From Acidobacteriota bacterium (GTDB taxonomy: Bacteria > Acidobacteriota > UBA6911 > RPQK01 > JAJDTT01), in the NCBI GenBank assembly GCA_965209055.1, contig OZ242374.1, positions 2,496,001 through 2,560,000 on the forward strand: a stretch of 64,000 nt of DNA, written 5' to 3'. A program made the translations under genes and the position numbers. Numbering within the stretch: position 1 is the stretch's first letter; each line of letters begins with the position of its first letter. Shown piece after piece: positions 58,332 to 64,000 of this stretch. The notes under the pieces are model-generated. The model did not search any database and had not been told where the DNA came from. It saw only the letters and a list, made by a program, of their open reading frames with translations.

Positions 58332-60610
58332 CACCGATGGACCGCTATATCGATTTTGTTCTTCGCCGTCGGTGGCTGGTTATCGTGCTCGCGGTGCTGG
58401 TCATGCTTGCGACAGCAGCGGGCATGTCTGGTCTTACCGTTTCCAGCAGCTATCGCGTGCTGTTCGGCGAGGACAATCCTGATCTCCTTGCGTTCGACGA
58501 GCTGCAGGACACCTACGTCGCGTCGAGGTCGGCGCTGATCGCGATTTCCCCGCGCGAGGGGACGGTGTTCACCCGCGACACCCTCGCCGCGATCGAGGAG
58601 CTGACTGAGATTGCGTGGCAGACGCCGTACTCCGTCCGAGTCAATTCGCTCACCAACTATTTCCACAGCGAGGCGGAGGGGGACGAACTGACCATCGCCC
58701 CACTCGTAGCGGACGCCAAGTCCTTCAGCAATGATGACCTCAAGCGGGTCCGGACCATCGCCCTGAACGAGTCCGAACTCGTCGGGCAACTGATTTCCGG
58801 TGATGGCCGCACGACCGGACTGGCCATCAGCTTCGCTCTGCCCGAGCCGGAGGAAGCGGCCTGGGCAGAGATTTCGAGCCATCTCCGAGACTTGCTCGAC
58901 AACGCCAGGGCGACCCATCCGGATCTACGCTACTTCCTGACCGGGAATGTGATCCTGAACCAGACCTTCACCGAGGCAGCGCAGGATGACGCAAAGAAGA
59001 TCCCCATCGCATTCCTGGTCATCGTCGCCATCACCGTCCTCATCCTGCGCTCGGTGTACGCTACCCTTGCCATCGCCGTTTTGCTCGTGTTCGTTGTGCT
59101 CAGCACCCTCGGAGTGGCGGGCTGGTCGCGCGTCCTGCTGACGCCGATCAGCGCAAGCGTGCCGATCATCATCGTGACGGTCGGCGTCGCCCATGCGATT
59201 CATATCGCGACCATGGTGCTGGCCGGCCTCCGCCGGGGGCAGGAACGGAACGCGGCGATCAGGGCATCCCTTAGTGACAATCTGTATCCGGTGTTTCTGA
59301 CATCCGCCACCACGGCGATAGGATTCCTCAGCCTGAACATGTCAGATTCGCCGCCGTTCCATGTCCTTGGCAATTTGGTGGCACACGGTGTGCTGTTCGG
59401 TTTCGTCTACTCGGTAACGCTTCTGCCCGCGCTGTTCTCGATCCTGCCTCTGCGGGCGAGGCCCGCCCGTCCCGGGAGGTCGCCTTTCTTCGACCGTCTG
59501 GGAGATTTCGTGGTCGCGCACCGGGCACTGGTTCTTTGGTCCTGCATCTTCGTGGTTGTTGCGCTGGCGACCGGTATTCCCCGCAATGAGTTAAGCGACA
59601 ACTGGGCGCACCATTTCGATGATCGCTACGCTTTCCGCACCGATACGGATTTTGTCACCGCGAATCTGACGGGGCTCGATCGGCTCGAATACTCGTTGAA
59701 CTCGGGGCGCGAGGGCGGCATCACGGATCCCGAATATCTGCGCACGGTCGATGCGTTCGCCGAATGGTGCCGCGACCAGGCCGAAGTGCATCACGTGCAG
59801 GCGTTCACGGACATTATGAAGCGCGTGAACCGAAACCTGCACGGGGACGATCCCGCGTTCTACCGGATACCGGACGATCCCGAACTCGCGGCACAGTTTC
59901 TGCTGCTTTACGAGTTCTCGTTGCCCTTCGGCGCTGATCTCAATGATCGGGTGGACATCGCCAAATCCGCGACACGGATGACCGTGGTGCTCAAGGAAAC
60001 ATCCACGGTGGAGCATCTCGACCTCGACGCACGCGCCCGGAACTGGCTGGAGGCCAACGCACCCGGGCTCTCCGGGCCGGCTTCGGGCTTCACCATGATC
60101 GCCGCCCACATGTCGAGCGATAACACCAGGAGCATGCTGGAGGGGACGATCCTTGCCGCTGGACTGATTTCAGTGATCCTGCTCCTGGTCTTCCGAAACG
60201 TGCTCATCGGAATGGTTTGTCTCGTGCCGAACTTCATCCCGGCAGTGCTATTGTTCGGTTTGTGGGGATATCTCCATGGCAATGTCGGACTCGGCGGCTC
60301 CGTGGTGGTCGCGGTCGCCATCGGCGTCATCGTGGACGACACCATTCATTTTATGACCCACTACATGAGAGACCGGCAAAAAGGGCGTTCGGCATCCGAG
60401 GCGGTTCGAACCACGTTTGGCGCGGTGGGTCGAGCGTTGGGCACGACCACCGCCATTCTGGTGGCGGGCTTCCTCGTGTTCTCCACGTCCGGATACGAGC
60501 CCGGTGCCCAGCTCGGCTTCATGGTCGCCCTCGCGATCACCTTCGCGCTGCTTGCGGATCTCCTGCTCCTCCCACCGATTCTGATGACCCTCGATCGGCG
60601 AAAAACATGA
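58328..60610 (+). CDS. MMPL/RND family transporter
   Basis: Duplicated RND topology, TSATTAIGFLSL, IGVIVDDTIHF; ATGA coupling to the upstream gene. Confidence 0.9.
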   Translation: MTPMDRYIDFVLRRRWLVIVLAVLVMLATAAGMSGLTVSSSYRVLFGEDNPDLLAFDELQDTYVASRSALIAISPREGTVFTRDTLAAIEELTEIAWQTPYSVRVNSLTNYFHSEAEGDELTIAPLVADAKSFSNDDLKRVRTIALNESELVGQLISGDGRTTGLAISFALPEPEEAAWAEISSHLRDLLDNARATHPDLRYFLTGNVILNQTFTEAAQDDAKKIPIAFLVIVAITVLILRSVYATLAIAVLLVFVVLSTLGVAGWSRVLLTPISASVPIIIVTVGVAHAIHIATMVLAGLRRGQERNAAIRASLSDNLYPVFLTSATTAIGFLSLNMSDSPPFHVLGNLVAHGVLFGFVYSVTLLPALFSILPLRARPARPGRSPFFDRLGDFVVAHRALVLWSCIFVVVALATGIPRNELSDNWAHHFDDRYAFRTDTDFVTANLTGLDRLEYSLNSGREGGITDPEYLRTVDAFAEWCRDQAEVHHVQAFTDIMKRVNRNLHGDDPAFYRIPDDPELAAQFLLLYEFSLPFGADLNDRVDIAKSATRMTVVLKETSTVEHLDLDARARNWLEANAPGLSGPASGFTMIAAHMSSDNTRSMLEGTILAAGLISVILLLVFRNVLIGMVCLVPNFIPAVLLFGLWGYLHGNVGLGGSVVVAVAIGVIVDDTIHFMTHYMRDRQKGRSASEAVRTTFGAVGRALGTTTAILVAGFLVFSTSGYEPGAQLGFMVALAITFALLADLLLLPPILMTLDRRKT

Positions 60611-60720
60611 TCTGTCAATCCAGCCCGAGCGGGGCTGCTGCTGTTTGAGTCCTGCCTGGTCGGCATGGAAGCTCCGCCCGTCGTGCACGATCTCGGCGAC
60701 AAGGATGTCGCCGTTCCCGG

Positions 60721-62499
60721 CTACAGAATTCCCAGGCGCCTGGCGGTGTTCCGGATTTTCTCCATCCGATCCTCAATGGGGACGATCTTCGTGCCTTTCG
60801 GATTCGGCCTGGAGAGGTGGGCGTACTCGTAGACGTCGAAGCCGGCGAATCGGGGGTCGTGGTAGATCTGCTCCAGGTCGGAGACGTATTCCTGCATGGA
60901 AACGGTTCGTTTCAGGTAGCGGTTGAGGTAGACGGGGATTCCGCTGCGATTGCAGAGCGCCAGGGCTTCCTCCACTACGGAATCGTCCAGGGCGTTGTGG
61001 AGCAGGCCCCGGTCCGCCTCCGGCGCCTCGAACCAGGTGGTTCGGAGCGTGATGCCATCGGCCAGTCCTTCCAGGAGCCAGGTCCGCCAGTCGAATTCCA
61101 GGTTGGCGGGGAAGCCCATGAGCTGACCGTGACAGGGGTCGGGTCCGAAGGCTTCGGCGTGGACGTGGACCTGGAACTTCTTGCCGGCGCTCCGGACCCG
61201 GCGGCTGGCCTCGCGGATGAACCGGGTGTAGTGGCGGCCCCGGAGCCGGGCGAGCCGTGCGCGATCCCCATCCGTATTTCCGACCTCGCGTCCGAATCTC
61301 TCCCGGTACTCTTCCAACAGCGGGGGGTTGAAGCCATATTCCAGGGGTTCGTCCGTCAGCGACCCGTGGGCGGAGACCCGGACGTCCACTCCGTCCACGC
61401 CCGCTTCGAGGAGCCGGTCCACCCAGCCCGTCCAGAGCTTCTCCACCTCGGGGTAGACGGCGCAGGGAGTGCAGGCCAGCGTGCCGTTTCGTCCCCGGGC
61501 GAAGGCGATGCAACCGCCCCAGTTCCATTTCGACTTGGTGACGATGCCGAACATGGTGCCGTCGGTGGAGGCGTTGTCGGTGTCCAACTGCACCGGGAAC
61601 GGTCCCATCCCCGAGTCGAATTCCAATCCTCCGGTGCGGAAATCCCGGGGACGGATCCACATGGCGCTTCGGGTGGCGATGACGATGGGCAGCGGATCCG
61701 GACCCGGGCCGTAGGCTTCGATCATGGCCGAGGGGGCGTTGCCGAAGTCTCCCTCCCGGTCCTGGAAGTCGGTGGTGACCAGGATGTAGCGCTCGGTCAG
61801 GTCAAGTCCCTCCAGCGTCAGGCTCCGCACGGGTGCGCCGCAAGCGGTCAACAGGCCGCCGAAGAACTCCCGGACCTCCCGGGGAGACGGTTCCACCCGG
61901 TCCGCCAGGGAGAAGTCCACCGGGTGCCGCCGGTAGCGGTGGTTGTCCGCGCTGGTCCAGATCTGGAGATGCTCCTTGCGGATGCGGGTGGGCGAGTCGT
62001 CCGCTTTCAGAAGCCGGATCTTCCGGATCGGAACGGAATCGAGATTCGGCGGGGCCTCCCATGGACGCCTCGCGACGCGAGTGTGGGGAAACCGCTCCAC
62101 GAAGGGGAACACCTGTTGGAGGCAACCCCCGATTCGGTGGACACGGGTGTGGTTACCCTGGGGGGACCCTTGGGGATAGGTACCCGCCAAGCCGGTGTTG
62201 AAGGGCTTCAGGACCGCGTAGACTTCCAGTCCGTGACGGTGGGCGATGGGGGTCACCGCCTTCAGAGGCTCCCCGATTCGGTTCACGGTGGCCCGGCCGT
62301 ACCGCATGTAGTCGAAGGTGTTGCCCGCCCAATATGAGTCGGACTCCTCGTCGCCGTAGTAGAGCCAGTAGATTCTGCGGACCCCCAGGCTCTTGATCTG
62401 GAGGACCATTTCCTCCAGGAGTCCCAGGCTGTAGGGCCCGTAGCGGACATCGTCCGGAAAATCGACGGTTGCCGAGAGCAGGAACGGACGGGAACTCAA
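60721..62499 (-). CDS. Hypothetical protein, glycoside-hydrolase-like TIM barrel with an inserted domain
   Basis: GVRRIYW, HRHGLEVYA, LLEAGVDGVDVR, EYGFN, DWRTWLLEGLADGI; TTG start with GAGG RBS. Confidence 0.6.
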   Translation of the reverse strand: MSSRPFLLSATVDFPDDVRYGPYSLGLLEEMVLQIKSLGVRRIYWLYYGDEESDSYWAGNTFDYMRYGRATVNRIGEPLKAVTPIAHRHGLEVYAVLKPFNTGLAGTYPQGSPQGNHTRVHRIGGCLQQVFPFVERFPHTRVARRPWEAPPNLDSVPIRKIRLLKADDSPTRIRKEHLQIWTSADNHRYRRHPVDFSLADRVEPSPREVREFFGGLLTACGAPVRSLTLEGLDLTERYILVTTDFQDREGDFGNAPSAMIEAYGPGPDPLPIVIATRSAMWIRPRDFRTGGLEFDSGMGPFPVQLDTDNASTDGTMFGIVTKSKWNWGGCIAFARGRNGTLACTPCAVYPEVEKLWTGWVDRLLEAGVDGVDVRVSAHGSLTDEPLEYGFNPPLLEEYRERFGREVGNTDGDRARLARLRGRHYTRFIREASRRVRSAGKKFQVHVHAEAFGPDPCHGQLMGFPANLEFDWRTWLLEGLADGITLRTTWFEAPEADRGLLHNALDDSVVEEALALCNRSGIPVYLNRYLKRTVSMQEYVSDLEQIYHDPRFAGFDVYEYAHLSRPNPKGTKIVPIEDRMEKIRNTARRLGIL

Positions 62500-62521
62500 G
62501 CGGCGGACCTCGTGAGGATGC

Positions 62522-63295
62522 TCATACCGTCGCCATCCAGCCGCCGTCCACCACCAGCGCCGAGCCGGTGATCCAGGACGCGTCGTCGGAGGCGAGGAAG
62601 ACGCAGGCCCGGGCGATGTCCCGGGGAGTTCCGAATCGGGGCAGGAGCGTCCGCCGGCGTCCATCCTCGATCTGTTCCGGAGTCAGGTAGTCCTGGTTGG
62701 CCGTTTCAATGAAGCCGGGACAGACGGCGTTGACGGTTATGCCCAGGGGACCCAACTCCGCGGCCGTGTCGCGGGCCAGGTTCACCACTGCGGCCTTGGT
62801 CGGAGCATAGACCGGACCCGCTCCTCCGCCTCTGTAGTTCACCGAAGAGATATGGATAATCCGCCCGTGAGAGGAGCGCTTCAAATGGGGAACCGCCACC
62901 TTCGTGGTCAGGAAGAGCGCCCGGAGATTGATCGACAGGACCCGGTCCCAGTCGGCCACGGCCAGGGTCTGGGACGTTCCCGGGATGTGGACGCCGGCGT
63001 TGTTGACCAGGATGTCCAACGCCCCGAATTCCTCAACCGTCGTGTCCACGAGTTGTTGGACGAAATCCTCGCAGGCGATGTCGCCCTGGAGGAAGATCCC
63101 CCGGCCGCCGTTCCCCCGGATCTCATCCACGGTGGGCTTGCGGGGCTCGGTCTCGTAGTAACGGCCGACCTTGGGCGTCTCCCGGATGTCGGCGACCGCC
63201 ACCGCGGCGCCCTCCCGGGCCAGCTCCAGGGCGATGCCCCGGCCGATTCCCGAACTTCCTCCGGTCACAATGGCCACTCTGCGCTGCAACCGCAT
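62522..63295 (-). CDS. SDR-family oxidoreductase
   Basis: TGGSSGIG, NNAG, YAPTK, ITGSALVVDGG. Confidence 0.93.
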   Translation of the reverse strand: MRLQRRVAIVTGGSSGIGRGIALELAREGAAVAVADIRETPKVGRYYETEPRKPTVDEIRGNGGRGIFLQGDIACEDFVQQLVDTTVEEFGALDILVNNAGVHIPGTSQTLAVADWDRVLSINLRALFLTTKVAVPHLKRSSHGRIIHISSVNYRGGGAGPVYAPTKAAVVNLARDTAAELGPLGITVNAVCPGFIETANQDYLTPEQIEDGRRRTLLPRFGTPRDIARACVFLASDDASWITGSALVVDGGWMATV

Positions 63296-63395
63296 AGGAT
63301 GTCGCCTTGGGAAATTGACCGCGAAGTGGGGGAATGATACCAGACTCCCAGGCGGGACCGTACCGCTTCAAGCGCGGTGCGGGAAGGGGAGCCAG

Positions 63396-64000
63396 ATGCT
63401 GGGAAATGCGTTCAAGGCCGAGTTTCTGGATTTCCAAAAAGGCATCCGGGTGGGGCACCTGGAGCCCCGGGCCCGCATCACGCAGATCCTGAAGCTGTCC
63501 CTGCAGCAGCTTTACGGGCAGGACTTCATCATCGACCGCTGGGGCCGTGGCGTCTACTGGCAATGGATCTGTTTCCTGCCGCGGGCCAATCGTCGCGCCA
63601 AGCCCATCTCGGGCGGCCGCAACTTCTCCAGCGCCAAGTTCTTCATCATGGTCGACCGGGAGGAGGACCTGTTCAAGACCGGGCTTCATGTGGAACGAGG
63701 GTTGATCCAGGCGCCGGACTCGCAGGAAGACTACCGGCTGCGGCCGGACTGGGACTGGCATCGGCTGCGGCAGGGTCTGGCGCCGAACGGATGGTGGGAA
63801 CCGGAGGTCCGCCGGTTGATCGAAGAAGACGGTTTCCAGGTGACGCTGGGGTCGTTCGGAACCGGTCTCCAATCCTTCTCCGGACGCCTGCCTCCGGCAT
63901 CGGACCTTCGTGAAATCATTGCGAATGCGCCGCCGGACAAGTGGTTCGTATTCCAGTTGCACTATCCCATGGCGCCGGAAGAGGTCGAAGGCTCGGCGGG
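63396..64000 (+). CDS. Hypothetical protein, runs off the right edge
   Basis: Manual translation MLGNAFKAEFLDFQKGIRVGHLEP...DRWGRGVYWQWICFLP; high GC at third codon positions; GGGGAG RBS. Confidence 0.7.
   Translation, partial: MLGNAFKAEFLDFQKGIRVGHLEPRARITQILKLSLQQLYGQDFIIDRWGRGVYWQWICFLPRANRRAKPISGGRNFSSAKFFIMVDREEDLFKTGLHVERGLIQAPDSQEDYRLRPDWDWHRLRQGLAPNGWWEPEVRRLIEEDGFQVTLGSFGTGLQSFSGRLPPASDLREIIANAPPDKWFVFQLHYPMAPEEVEGSA

Noticed and set aside
49905-62337. Long opposite-strand ORFs (425, 570 and 506 aa)
   Set aside because: Shadows of the aminotransferase, the MsbA-like gene and the GH-like gene

Overview
High-GC bacterial chromosomal segment, probably Acidobacteriota (inferred from the ADOP-type permease and overall gene complement). 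About 3.4-30.4 kb is a ~27 kb genomic island at the 3' end of tRNA-Ile(GAT). It is bounded by a 14-bp direct repeat (3404-3417 / 30393-30406) and carries a P4-like integrase with arm-type and IHF sites. The island holds: (i) decayed genes at the left end; (ii) a lower-GC cassette (8.2-15.9 kb) encoding a redoxin split by IS5, a 6-bladed beta-propeller, a 70-aa secreted peptide with an 8-Cys/11-Ser core, a DUF1573 protein, a GT-C glycosyltransferase, a CstII/Maf-like putative nonulosonate transferase and a CMP-nonulosonate synthetase; (iii) a MacAB-TolC-like exporter with an NtrC-type two-component system; (iv) conjugation remnants, an ArdC fusion protein and an island-borne tRNA-Leu(TAA). Three near-identical sigma54 promoters with shared palindromic enhancers link the peptide arm and the exporter. 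The best candidate for an undescribed system is a secreted, disulfide-rich and possibly nonulosonylated peptide with dedicated folding, glycosylation, export and regulation. The rest of the window is mostly housekeeping (lpdA, acnA, peptidases, queG, msbA-like, fabI, sfsA) plus a few small accessory patches. All family assignments come from recognising motifs by eye; no database search was run.
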